64,000 bases of DNA from Octopus vulgaris (GCA_951406725.2 OX597827.1:59582001-59646000); one strand, 5' to 3'. Numbered from the stretch's first letter, positions 11,575-24,882 are shown. Notes: a model not told the origin generated them from the sequence alone. Translations and numbers: made by a program.

Positions 11575-12125
11575 AAGTGTCAGAGCTAGCAGAATCACTG
11601 CCGTGCCGGACAATATGCTTAACAGCTTTTCTTCTGGCTTTACGTTCTGAGTTCAGAGTTATAAATCACTATAACATGTCTAACTTAGCATCATATATCT
11701 AACATAGATAAGTACCAGAAAAAAGCTGGTCATATGTGAAGGACGAACTGTCCGATACATGTATTGTACGAGTTAAACTTGTCATTCATCCCCTCGGATC
11801 GATAAAATAAGTACCAGTCAAGCACCGGGGTCGATGATATCGACTTTCTCTTTCCCTTAAAATGACTGGCCTTGAGCCAAAGATTTGTAACCGTTATTAC
11901 AATATATTATAATAGCGGGGAAATGGCAGAATATTTGGGAGGTCGGAAAAATGTTTTGTAGTCTCTCATCTTGCTCCTCACGTTCTGAGTCAAAATCTTG
12001 CCTTATTTCACTTTGGCTTCATTCCTCCAGGGGCGATAAAATAAAATACTAATTTAGTAGTAGGCCCGATGTTGTTGACTAACCCTATCTCATTCCTCTC
12101 AAAAACTGTTCGTCTTGTACCTTGT
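11575..12125 (+). mobile_element. Cluster of degenerate SINE family B copies
   Basis: Recurrent GAGCTAGCAGAATC, TACGTTCTGAG and TCGATAAAATAAGTACCAG..GGGGTCGAT motifs. Confidence 0.65.
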
Positions 12126-12164
12126 GAATCGGAAGCAATTATAATAGTGTTATATAAATTATTT

Positions 12165-12572
12165 AGGAGTAGCTGTGTGGTAAGAAGCTTGCTTCCCAAC
12201 CATATGGTTCCGGTTTCAGCCCCATTGCGTGGCACTCTGGACAAATGTCTTCTATTATAGCCTCGGGCCGACCAAAGCCTTGTGAGCGGATCTGGTAGAC
12301 GGAAACTGAAAGAAGCCCGTCGTATATAGATATATGTATATATCTATGTGTGTGTGTGTGTGTGTCTTTGTGTCTGTGTTTGTTCCCACCCATCATCACT
12401 TGACAACCGGTGTTCGTGTGTTTACGTCCCCCGTATCTTTGCGGTTCGGCACAGAGATCGATAAAATAAGTACAAGGCTTTAAAAATAAGTACTGGTGTC
12501 GATTCATTCGACTAAAATTTCAAGACAGTGCTCCAGAATGACCGCAGTCGGATGATTGAAACAGGTAAAAGG
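12165..12572 (+). mobile_element. SINE family A
   Basis: Full-length match to the other family A copies. Confidence 0.9.
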
Positions 12573-13524
12573 AAGAAGCTAAAAATGGACGTCTCTAGAT
12601 AGATATTCTTGGAAATGAAATGAGACTGTGTAATCAACGTGTTTTCGTTTACAACATTATTATCAATGTCTTCGTAATTTTAATTTAATGTAATTATTCT
12701 AAGGTGAGCGTGCAAATACATCAAATAACGAAGATGTACCTTAACAAAACAAAAGAGCGTTATTCCATTACTTGCATCCATTGACCTAAAACAAAAAAGG
12801 TAGAACAATGCTGGACGAAACACCGATATCTGAGTAGGTTACACTGATAATTGTAAAGCCGCAATGAAGCTATCAAATGATAAACATCAAAAGCGCTGAC
12901 GTAGAGTGTTACGTAATGTAATACTTAAAAATACTACAGTAACATCAAGTATTATGTCATTCGCTTACAGTGGAAGGTTATTTTTATTTACGTATTAATC
13001 AACTGTTTCACATACCCATACACACATACACACATACACACGCGCATACACAAACCGACACCTACAAATTAATATAAAATTATTTACCGTGATTCGGTAT
13101 CATTTTTAATGGTGACTGATCCCCAAGTGAAAATATTAGGGGACTGGGCCCCGTTTCTCACGGGTATTGCATAAAAGATACTATCATTGATATGGTAGCC
13201 CAGTAATGACACAAATTTTAATTTAACCCCCGCAGAACATTTTAGAGAAAATAAAAACATTTTCGTGCACTTCATGCTTAAAGCAAAACAAAAAAAAAAA
13301 GTATTAAAATGTTATTTCTATTTTTTAGCTTATAAATATAATTTAGACCACAGAAACTTATTTCTCCAGCCACTATACAAAGAATTACAATTTGTATTTA
13401 AAATTTCAGATTGTATTTTAACTTTAAATATATAATCTAAATCTAACGGTTATGCTCCAGCATAACCGCTATTCTCTAGCTAAAACTATTAAAAAATAAA
13501 TGAGAAATAATATATGTTATGTAT

Positions 13525-13924
13525 TCTTTTATCTTTTTATTCGTTCCACTCATTTGACTGCGGTCATGCTGGAGCACAACCTTAAAGGTTTCTTTAGTCG
13601 AAGAAATCGACCTAAGGCCTATAGTACTTATTCTATCGGTCTCTTTTGCCAAGCCGCTAAGTTACAGGGACGTAAACATACCGACATCGGTTGTCAAGCG
13701 ATGGTGAGGGGAACAACATAGACACAAAAACACACCTATATAAATACACACAGATATAAATATATATATGACGGGCTTCTTACAGTTTCCGTCTACCAAA
13801 TCCACTCACAAGGTTTTGGTCGGCCCAAGGCTATAGTAGAAGACACTTACCTACGGTGTCACGCAGTGGGACTGAACCCGGAACCATGTGCTTGGGAAGC
13901 AAGCTTCTTACCACATAACCACGA
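13525..13924 (-). mobile_element. SINE family A
   Basis: Reverse-complement match. Confidence 0.85.
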
Positions 13925-13926
13925 CT

Positions 13927-13968
<42 letters not shown>

Positions 13969-13971
13969 ATG

Positions 13972-14003
<32 letters not shown>

Positions 14004-14128
14004 CATACATATATATATATGTATATATATATACATACATATATATATACATATATATATATGTATATATACATACATATATATATATGTATATATACAT
14101 ACATACATATATATATATGTATATATAC

Positions 14129-14173
<45 letters not shown>

Positions 14174-14176
14174 CAT

Positions 14177-14210
<34 letters not shown>

Positions 14211-14498
14211 TATATACATTATATATATAATTATATATCAGGACAAGTGCCTCCAACTTAGCTCAGAACGTCCGCTATTAGGTTTAAACACCATGCCGGG
14301 CAATCCCTGTATTTTAGAACGCAAGTCTCTCTGAGTAGTTTCTCTGAGGCCAAATATTGCAGCTAGAACCGTTCTTGTTTGTGTGTACATAATAAAGTTT
14401 GTACAACTGATATTTTATTCTAAAACTGTTTTTATTTCATATAGTAATTTCATAATTACATTACTCTTGCAGTTCACTTAGTCTCATCTCGCAGTAAT

Positions 14499-14804
14499 TG
14501 TTGTTTGTTCCTTCTCAAGCCATGCCTGGCTCATAATGCCGGTTTCCCGGTTTCCTTGGCGTATAGGTTCCCCACCTGGACGGGATGCCGGTCTGTCGTA
14601 GGTGAGCTGCAAGAATGCAGGAGGAAAGAGTGAGAGAAAGTTGTGGCGTAAGAGTCAGCAGAAGTTTGCCATTAACTTCTGCCGAAGCCGCGTGGAGCTT
14701 AGGTGTTTCACTCATAAACACACACATCGCCTGGTCTGATATTCGCACCCGCGATCCCTCGACCGCGAGTCCGCTGCTCTAACCACTAGGCCATGTGCCT
14801 CCAC
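14499..14804 (-). mobile_element. SINE family C (tRNA head) with 12-bp TSD
   Basis: Minus-strand head GTGGAGGCACATGGCCTAGTGGTTAGAGCAGCGG. TSD TCTCGCAGTAAT at 14487-14498 and 14805-14816. Second copy at 25598-25890. Confidence 0.92.
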
Positions 14805-14859
14805 TCTCGCAGTAATAGACACTACTAAATTCTGCGAGATAATTTAGCTAACAATGTTT

Positions 14860-15200
14860 TCTTTTATCTTTCGCTGTAATCTTTGACTGCGGCCAAGGCT
14901 GGGAGGTTTAGTAGAACGGATCGGACTGTTTTGTCGAAACTACTAAGTTATGGAGACATAAACAAACCAACACTGGTTGCTAAGCTTTCGTGACTGGGAG
15001 ACATATATAAACACAAACACACACACACACGCGCGCGCGTGCGCATATACGATGGGTTTCCACACAGTTTCTACCTACCAAATTTACTTACAAGGAATTA
15101 GTCAGCCCGGAGCTATAGTAGAAGACACTTGACAGAGATGTCACGCAGTGGGACTGAACCCCAAAACCACACGTTTCCAAAATGGACTGTTTAACCACAC
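14860..15200 (-). mobile_element. Degenerate SINE family A
   Basis: TTTGACTGCGGCC...GCTATAGTAGAAGACACTTG..CAGTGGGACTGAACCC. Confidence 0.75.
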
Positions 15201-15678
15201 GGCAATGCTTTCTCTTTCGTCCATACATACACACAATGGTTCTAAACTGAAGCACGAGACTGCGGACACATTTTAAAAAGGACAGCAATATATACTTTGA
15301 TTTAATCGATTCCAGTATACACGAATACTTATTTTATGAAAGCCGCTGCACAAACAATGAAAGCAAGTTCAGTAACTTAGAACTTGACCGGATATAACTA
15401 GATACTGTCCGTAAACATATAATTCAAGACTCTAGCGATTCACCTCCTTAACGATTAAGGGGTAATAAACGAGGTGGTTCCTTTCATACATATATCTTAT
15501 GTAAGGATTTTTTTATTCTTTAATCAATCAAAATACAGTAAAAAGAGACCCGATATTCTTTCTCCCGCCATATCGTTTCCGGTGATCAACTATCCATAAG
15601 TTTTCCACCATCTTCTTTGTCCATCGAGAAAAAAGGTTGAGCTGTCCATGCATGTAATTATATACACACACATGTATG

Positions 15679-15722
<44 letters not shown>

Positions 15723-16283
15723 TGAAGCAAGTAGAAGACCAAAGACGATCAACGAAGCTTACGGTTGCGGTTAAGTTCTGCAAGCCAGATTTCGATTTCC
15801 GGTTGGGTATATTTAAACTATTTAATTTCACCTCACATCACTTCACATCATCACGAACGACCGTTAACAAATAAAATAAAAACAAAAAAAAACACAAAAA
15901 AATAACAACTGGAAAACATACAAAAATGAGTAAATACACAAATAAAAACAAAACACACAAAAAACAATTCTTGTTTCCACGCTACCGAAATTTCAGAAGA
16001 TTTCAGCTTCCTGACAATGTAGATAAAGGTAAAGAAGAAAAAAAAAAATTCTTCGTATTTCGTATCTTCTCTTAAATACCAATACTACAAAAGTAATAGC
16101 AAGCTAGCTTAAGAAATGGATATAGTTCTTAAGGAGAGACTCATGTGTAGCCTGCCTGTAATTGCATCTAGTAAATAGCAAATATCCATTTCAAAGGGTC
16201 CTTTGCCTTTGGTCCACGAAGTTCTTATCTTTTGTGTCCGATGTTCTCTCTCTCTCTCATCTCTGTTTGTCTGTCTGCTTGTG

Positions 16284-16346
<63 letters not shown>

Positions 16347-16603
16347 GTCTGTCACTATTTCTGACACTTCTCTCTCTCTCTCTGCCTCTCTCTCTCTCTC
16401 CTCTCGCTCTCTCTGCCTCTCTCTCTCTCTGTTTGAGCCTATTCATATCACTGTTATCTTTGCATTCAAACACCCGTTTTAGTCTTTTCGTCAGGAAGAT
16501 TCGTACACAAACACATCTTACACTGTAAATACAAGCGAACACTCACACTGACAACCCCAACACCCACACACAGGCGCAAGCAGGCACACACACGCACACA
16601 CAC

Positions 16604-16648
<45 letters not shown>

Positions 16649-16747
16649 CACGCACATACGCGCAGAAACTTACGTACTTTGAGAGATAACTAAGTAAAGA
16701 ACTATGCAAGTGCGTATGGGTTCGCGATTGTGTGTGTGTATATATAT

Positions 16748-16801
<54 letters not shown>

Positions 16802-17619
16802 TGATATATACACAGAGAGACACATACATATAAACATACACACACTTACATACACAAACAGAGGCAAATAAACATGCGCACATGCTGGATAAAATTGAAT
16901 TTGCGGTCTTTTTAAATGTCCTCCTGTCTAGTTTATATCCTTTAATTTATGTTTCACTCTTTTCCTTTATTTTTGTTTTTGTTTTTGTTTTGTCCTTTGA
17001 GGGCTGATGAGGAGATTGGGACCCTTTGTCTTTTTTATGATCTGTCTGTGTGTCGCCTGTGTTATATTGTTATTAGCGTGTCCGTGGGTCTTTTTGCGTG
17101 GTTATATTGCGATTGTTTCCGCTCTCACTAAGAAGCAGACCACTTGTAAAAATAAGAATAAAAACAAACAAAACAAAACAAAAGAACAATAACAACAACA
17201 ACAACAACACCCACACAAACAAAAGGCAAGTAAATGAAGGAATTGCTCCTGATATGTATTATTACAAAGGGACAAGTATCTTGACGAACTCAATACGAGG
17301 AAGTGTGTTACAAGTTCAAAACTCAGAGGCTGACATTTACGACTTCCGGTGTCTTTAATGACTTGCGTAGGCACACACGCTTTTCAACACACAATGTAAG
17401 CCTCATGTGTACGTGTGTGGGGTTTTTTTTTATACATATATATATGTGTGTGTGTATGTATGTATGAATATATACATATATTCATACATACACACACATA
17501 CACATACACACACATATATATAAAACCCCCCATATATGTATACGTGCGCGCACACCTTCGGGAATATAGATACACCAACACACATACATACATACATACA
17601 TACATACATACATACACAC

Positions 17620-17667
<48 letters not shown>

Positions 17668-17833
17668 GTCATTCATAACTGAATATTAGGCACAATACTC
17701 ACTTAACACTTCGCTCCAAAGGATATCTAGATTGAGTTCTAACAACTGTTTATTAGTAATAGCTATGCCTAAGCAAAAATTGTTATATATTATGTGTGCA
17801 TATATATATATATATGCACACATATAAGAGACT

Positions 17834-18150
17834 GCTCGGTGGTTAGAGCGTCGAGCTTACTATCGTGAGGGTGTGAGTTTGAATCCCGGACCGGGCTGCG
17901 TGTTGTGTTCTTGAGCAAGACACTTTATTTCACGTTTATTATACTCAGCTGTAGAAATGAATTGCGACGTCACAGGTGCCAAGCTGTATCAGCCTTTGCT
18001 TTTCCCTTGGATAACACTGGTGGCGTGGAGAGGGCGACTACTCGTATGTATGGGCGACTGTTGGTCTTCCATAAACAACCTTGCCCGGACTTGTGCCTGG
18101 GAGGGTAACTTTCTAGGTGCAATCCCATGGTCATGACCGAAGGGGGTGTC
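17834..18150 (+). mobile_element. SINE family D (tRNA head plus CORE-like domain)
   Basis: GCTCGGTGGTTAGAGC and GAGTTTGAATCCC boxes. GTGTTCTTGAGCAAGACACTTTA..CTCAGCTGTAGAAATG resembles the CORE domain. Confidence 0.85.
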
Positions 18151-18298
18151 AGCATATATATATATATATAATATATATATGCTGGTGCTATCTCTTCATT
18201 ATCAATTAGTAATTATTTATCTTCATGTTTTTTTACGCATGCTAAACCACTGACAGTGTTGTAAACAATATCCTAATATTATATATATATATATGAAA

Positions 18299-18918
18299 TG
18301 TAAGCAGCAGTTTGCAATGTTTCGCCAAATAGGTGAATTATAAGTGTCACTAAATGTGACTATGGTGTTAAAAAGAGCATCTAACAGGAACCATAATTGT
18401 CCGAAAAATACCGATCGCGAATTCTTGCGACTGACGCGTCAGTTTCGACAATTTCCGTTGCTATCATCAGTTAAACCAGTTCGGTGTTCGGCTATTTCCG
18501 GACCTGTTTCTGCATAAGCATATATGTTTTTGTCGTCCAAATTAACGGATGATTTAACGATTGGCTAATGTATATACACAAAATTAATGTAAATAGCAGG
18601 CTGGAATGTTTCATCAAAAAGGAGAATTATAATTGTCACTAAATGTTATTAGGGTGTTAAAAACCCCCACCTACATTGCTAGAAGTAAGAGCTAAAATCC
18701 TGTAATATTACAGTTAATGCACATGAAGGAAAACATACGTTAACAGGAACCATAATTATCCGAAAAATACCGATCGAGAATTATTAATACTGGCGCAATT
18801 ACGGTCCTTGTTAGTGTATATGCTTTCATTCATGTTCTTAAACTACAGCTTTAGAGAACTTTAGCTCTTATTTCTATCAATATAGGTGTTTTTTAACACC
18901 CTAGTCACATTTAGTGAC
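18299..18918 (-). mobile_element. Family F: tandem plus inverted HHR-bearing repeat
   Basis: GTCACTAAATG at 18346 and 18635 (period 289; copy 1 lacks about 70 bp). 18795-18918 is an inverted copy of 18635-18760. Confidence 0.85.
18425..18475 (-). ncRNA. Hammerhead ribozyme-like motif with a 12-nt palindromic stem III
   Basis: Minus strand reads TTTAA CTGATGA TAGCAA-CGGAAA-TTGTC GAAA CTGACGCGTCAG TC. The stem I 3' strand is decayed here but reads TTAA in copy 2. Confidence 0.65.
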
Positions 18919-18933
18919 TATATATATATGCTT

Positions 18934-19269
18934 AGACCCTCTTCGGTCATGACTGACCATGGGATTGCACCTAGGAAATTACCCTCCCAGGCACAAGTCC
19001 GAGCAAGGTCGTTTATGGAAGACCAGCAGTCGCCCATGCATACAGGGTCTCTCCTCTCCACGCCACCAGTGTTATCCAAGGGAAAGGCAAAGTCTGTACC
19101 AGCTTGGCACCTGTGATGTCGCAACTCATTTCTACAGCTGAGTGAACTGGAGCAACGTGAAATATAGTGTCTTGCTCAAGAAAACAACACGCAGTCCGGT
19201 CTGGGATTCGAACTCACAACCTCACAATCGTAAGCTCGACGCTCTAACCACCGAGCCATGCGCCTTCAC
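18934..19269 (-). mobile_element. SINE family D, full length
   Basis: Minus strand has A-box TGGCTCGGTGG, B-box GAGTTCGAATCCC and the CORE-like domain. Inverted relative to 17834-18150. Confidence 0.9.
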
Positions 19270-20576
19270 ATATTTATACATACATATAAACGCATAAATA
19301 TACGCGCGCACAAGCTGATTTCACATGAGGGCATTAGCGCTCCGCCTGTATACGTATGAATGTGGGTGCTCGTACCCCGCTTTTATTGTACGAAAGGTAA
19401 TTTTGAGAAGGTGGCGGTTGAGTTGTTATGGGTGTTATCGTGGAATTGGTGGGGGTGGGGTATCGGTAGGGGCCAAACCCTTTAACTGTTGAATATAAAG
19501 TTACACATCTTATCATCTTATCAATGAAGGTATGCATATATATCTTTCAGGTATCTGTCAGCGAATAAACCCCTTGTACTATCTGCAGGTGAGTGAGTGG
19601 GAAGTAACGACGTCAGAGACGGTGGCGGAGTTAGACAGGCAGGGGGGTCAAAGGGTGCGGGTGAGACGTACTCTGGAACCGCCCCCATTGCGACCCCCGG
19701 TTTTATTCTTGCTTTCTCCGTCTGTTCATCTGCCTGTCTCTTTCCGTCTCTCAGTCTCCTTTCCCTGCGTGTGTGTGTGTGTGTGTGGGGGGTCTGTTTG
19801 TGTGTGTGTGTGTCTGTGTGTGTGTGCGCACGTGTGTGTGTGAGTGAGATGGTGGTTGATATACCAAGAAACACTATCGTTTTTGTTTATTAAGGCCGGG
19901 TAGAACGAAAAAGCACAAATACACACACACACGCACACACACACACACACACACACGCACACACACGCACACACACACGCACACACACGCACACACACAC
20001 GCACGCACACACAAACACGCACATACGTAGAAAGGAGGCGGGGAGCTTTTTGATGGCACCTAATATGTTACAAAGCTACCACAGTTATGCGTGTGCGCGC
20101 GCGCGTGTGTTTGCTGTTGGAGGATGAGTGGTTAAGAAGTTCTCTTCGCAACCATGAGGTTCGGGTATATTTTATAAGTTAAAATTGAGCGATGCCATCT
20201 GATTGGAAATGTGTACAGCACAGTGGTTAGATCAACTTCATAGAATGTAGCACGCATACACACATACACACCAGTGCCTGGTTCTATTTCGAATCGAAAG
20301 ACACCGTTACTTTTTAATATTCATTATCCATTTTTCCCTGCTTTTCGTCCAGGCCTTATTACGTCTCATCTGTATTTACATCTGTAAGATTTGACATCTT
20401 TTGTTCATTCATTCGTTCATTCTTTCTTTCTTTCTTTTTCTTTCTGCCATTGCGTTTTTCAGACGAGCGACTCTGACTTCACTAGTGGTGAAATCGTAAT
20501 GAATCTGGGTATAAACGCGGCTGACGAATTGTCAGTCTATATCTCTTTTGATACACATATCCGCGCGCGCGCGCAC

Positions 20577-20660
<84 letters not shown>

Positions 20661-21607
20661 AACACACACGCACACACACACACATATCTATGTATAGGAA
20701 CGAGTCGTAGTCCAATTTACAGTGTATCTTTAGAAATTAATTACAACATAACAAGTAACCCAAATTTAAACAAATAATAATAACATGCTCTTCTGAAAAG
20801 TAGCCTAATCTACTATCTTGAATCCAATCCTTTTTTGCAAGCCTGTTGGATTAATTATACCTATAACACAAAGGTTTAGATTTGTCACGTAATGCAAGTA
20901 CTTTGATTCGACTTTTAGAATAACAGTAAGGGTACACACGTCTGTAGAATACACAGCAACCTATATTATTATTCAAGGACCAGGTAGTTCAGTTGATATG
21001 CAACTAGTAAACTCATTTACTGTTCTTATATATAAAAAAAAGCTGTTATTTGTGGCTATGAAGGGCGAAATGGTGTCTGCTACTGACGACGTGCAATGAT
21101 GTAGAAACGCATGTGTCCTACGTTCTAATAACGTAATTCATAGCCCAATGGCGTGTTTTCTACACATATTATCTATAATGAGAGGTCTTCTTTTGAGATA
21201 ATTTCTGTAGTGATTGCTTTCCATGTTTGTGTACACAGGAGCATGTTAAATTTGGTCACACATGTAGTATACTTACGCATCGTCGAAACCGATATGAGAT
21301 TTCATCACGCACGCACGTATACTTTTGATGGCATGCTTTTGCTTGTATTTGTCTTGGAATCTGTGTGATTATTGCTGTGATTGTTCAGAACTAAATCAAT
21401 CCCAGTCCATCGGATGTTTTATTGAAAATGATCCGGTCATAACCACATTGCTGTTTTTTTTTCTCTATGTGCAAAGAATCTCGAACCATTTCATACTTAT
21501 GTTCCTTTTTTGAGACACTGGCCGTAATTTGAGGGAGATTCAGTAAATTGTGGGATCAAACATGCGTCGTTGGTTTGACGGCAGGGCGGAAGTAGGAGGT
21601 TCAAAGT

Positions 21608-21960
21608 GGTTAGAAGGGAGAGGTAGGGTTAGAAAGGAGGAATATGGAGTTAGAATGGATGATGAGGGGCTAGAAGAAATAAGTAAGGGGTTAGAAGGGA
21701 GGAACTGAGTTAGAAGGGAGGAGCAGGATTATACGGTGGGGTGAAGTTAGAAAGGAATGAGTAGGGGTCTTGGAAGGGAGGAGGAGAAAATTGAAAGGAA
21801 ATAAGGTTTAAAAGGGAGGAGAAGGGTTTAGAAGAACAGAGTAAGGTTAAAAGAAAAGAGTAGGGGTTAGAAGGGAGTGACAGGATATTAAAAGCAGGGA
21901 TGGGGCTTAGAAGGGAGGAGCTGAGATACAAAGGACAATTTACGGATGGTTAGAAGGGAT
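21608..21960 (+). repeat. Degenerate purine-rich minisatellite (about 20 bp, GGGTTAGAAGGGAGGAG-like)
   Basis: Recurrent GTTAGAAGGGAG units with variable spacers. Confidence 0.8.
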
Positions 21961-22663
21961 TTGACCTGGCTAATTGTTCGATGACTTCAAACACTTCCAG
22001 AATATTTCCAAAAATATGCTCCAAGAATGCCTCAAAATACTCCCAATACATTTCGAGGGTATTAGCTGTTGGTAAACTGTTGAAGTTCAAATGTAAATTG
22101 ATATAGAAATGAGAAAGACGGAGAAGGACGTGGGGAGTAAGTGAAAAAGAAAACAACAAGAAAATAAAAAGAGTAAAAGAGAATTTAAGGAGAATAAAAA
22201 GAGTAGATGTGTTATACTAGGTTTTGGTGTCAAGTTTACCATCCCGCTAAACGAATAATCATTCTTAAAATTCGAGCTTTGTGCAATATTTTGGTGTTAT
22301 TTTAAGCATTTAGTGATATCTTTGATGCAGTATGAATTTTAAAATGTAGCACGTATTGTGTTTATGATATAGTATCATGTATTGTAATATTATATATTAC
22401 CCAGTAACCTCTGGCCGTTCATTCTATACCCCCCTCCCTTCCAGTCGCCGATCGTTCATCAATGTACGCGTGCCTGATCCCACTGCCAGCCAAGTCCTTA
22501 CTTTCTTCACCCCTCACCAATTACCTGCCTTTGTCAAAACTCCGAGTTATCTTTCCTTTTCAAAACTTTCAACTGTCATGGACAAAACAGCTGCGGAAGA
22601 CTGTCCACTCGCCATTTTAAAAGTCCTTTGTTTATTCTTCAATCTTTCAAGTAGCTGTTTGGG

Positions 22664-22710
<47 letters not shown>

Positions 22711-22729
22711 TATATACAGTTCAATTATA

Positions 22730-22925
22730 ATTAAAACAAAGGACAAAGATAGTAAGGGAACAACAAGCAGGTGTATTAGGTTGACGTTCAGGAAGATGAA
22801 AAAGTCTTTGACATTTCGGGCCTAAGCTCTTCGATAGAAAGGGATAAGAAGAAAAAAAATGGAGAGAGAAACTAAATACGAAGAGAGAAGAAAATGTGTT
22901 GGGATTAAAGGTTTAACGCGATGAA
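22730..22925 (-). mobile_element. Family G repeat (HHR-like variant)
   Basis: Minus strand CTTT CTATCGA A GAGC TTAG GCCC GAAA TG TC AAAGAC matches 61571-61612. Confidence 0.65.
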
Positions 22926-22928
22926 TAT

Positions 22929-22989
<61 letters not shown>

Positions 22990-23306
22990 CATATAGGTGA
23001 GCAGATATGGAGATAATAATGCAAATAAACAAATTAAATCGCTTGTGCTAGGAATATAGAATTTGCGTAAATACATACATGTAAATAAATAGAAAACAAA
23101 CAACGAAGGTGTTCAGACGATGAATATTCATATATGAATATATAGATATTTATATATTAACAGAACAATCTTACACAGAAAATTAAGGTGAGAAAATATG
23201 GCGTTACAGGTGCGACAGCCGTTTCTGGAGGCTCGGAATTACTTCATAATGTTGGCAGATGTAGTTCTTGAAAATATGCAACCAGTAGTGAAAGCATAGA
23301 AACATT

Positions 23307-23362
<56 letters not shown>

Positions 23363-23653
23363 ATATATATGTATATATATGTATGTATATATATATATGT
23401 ATATGTATGTATATATACATATATATGTGTGTATTTGTATATCCATATATATATACATATATACACATATACACCGGCTTACATATATGTGTATGTGAGG
23501 TGAGTGTATGTGTTTGTATGTGAGCCTGTGTATATATCATAAAACTTGAAACGCGTTAAAGGAATTCACTTAAAGTAAAACAATATAGTTTGTAACATGC
23601 ACCGAGTTCTCTTTTCGGTTTTCATTTGCCAAAAATCCACATTTGAATACACC

Positions 23654-23686
<33 letters not shown>

Positions 23687-23789
23687 TGTATGTATGTATG
23701 TATGTATGTATGTATGTATTATGTATGTATGTATGCATGTATGTATTATGTATGTATGTATGCATGTATGTAAGTATCTCTTTCTCTCT

Positions 23790-23837
<48 letters not shown>

Positions 23838-23976
23838 GTATAAATAATAAGGCTGGCTTGTGGCTTGTTAGCAAATTTTCAACCGAAAGGCAAAAATATA
23901 TACGACAGTAAAGCGACTGAGCTAGCTATTCAGCACCAGTATTTCTAGAAATAAGAATTAAAACAAAGAATTAGCA

Positions 23977-24023
23977 AAAACTGTCCGATGAACGGCAACG
24001 GGAAACTCAGAGTAACACGTTTT
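23977..24023 (+). ncRNA. Hammerhead-like motif with a core substitution
   Basis: AAAACTGT CCGATGA ACG-GCAA-CGG GAAA CTCAGAG TA ACACGTTTT. Stem I has a 1-nt bulge; core is CCGATGA instead of CTGATGA. Confidence 0.55.
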
Positions 24024-24120
24024 GTTGAATTTTCTGCTGCTTTAAATAAAGCATATTACTCTACCACTGGTATTTGAGTACTCTTTTTTCCACCTTGTTT
24101 CACATTTATGTGTTTACTCC

Positions 24121-24185
<65 letters not shown>

Positions 24186-24882
24186 ATATATTTTGTAATG
24201 TATTAATTATACTAAGTATATATTAAATTGCTGCATGTAATATGTGTGTATATGCATGTACATATGTATACATGCATCTGTGAATGTATTTGCTTAAAGC
24301 AAGACTGGAGCATGACGCAGTCCAATATATTAAAGCAATAAAATAATCAAACAATAAATGAATATGGGAATGTACATGCTTCAAGTTAGGTAACTCAGGA
24401 ATGTAGCTACGTACCTCGGTAAGACAGATAAGACAAGTGTAGGTCAGCAAGGTTAATAGGGATATCAGATAGATTAATTGTTGTTGATGTAAGGGGGCTT
24501 TCAACATTTGGTGGGAAACAGAGGAAATGAGTGGGTTTACATATCACTAAGAAGTTTAGTTGAGATAGTAAGGTGGGCACATTTTTAGGGTAAGGTGTGT
24601 TCCTTGTTTAGCTATGGCTGAAGTTGTATTACTAGTAGTAGTTGATTAGCAGCAAGCCAGACCCACTCGTGCAGACCCAATGATCTATAGCGTAGCTTAA
24701 AAGGGGCAAAGACTGTGGTCATCTCCAGACAGTATATTGTTCCTTATTTGGAGGCTACGGCAGTGGTCCCCAAACATTTCTGTACCACGGCCTGGTGCCA
24801 TACAAGACAATTTTTCTACCTTCTGGGTGGGGGGAACCACGCTTATAAAATGCACAGTAATATATTATTCTTTTCTAGGGTT

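Noticed and set aside
14730-14804. tRNA gene (also the heads at about 19200-19269 and 25820-25890)
   Set aside because: The tRNA-like heads continue into SINE bodies, two with TSDs, and no acceptor stem is evident.
17000-17035. CTGATGAG core (also minus-strand CTGATGA near 47110 and 61090)
   Set aside because: No matching stem II and GAAA at a workable distance.
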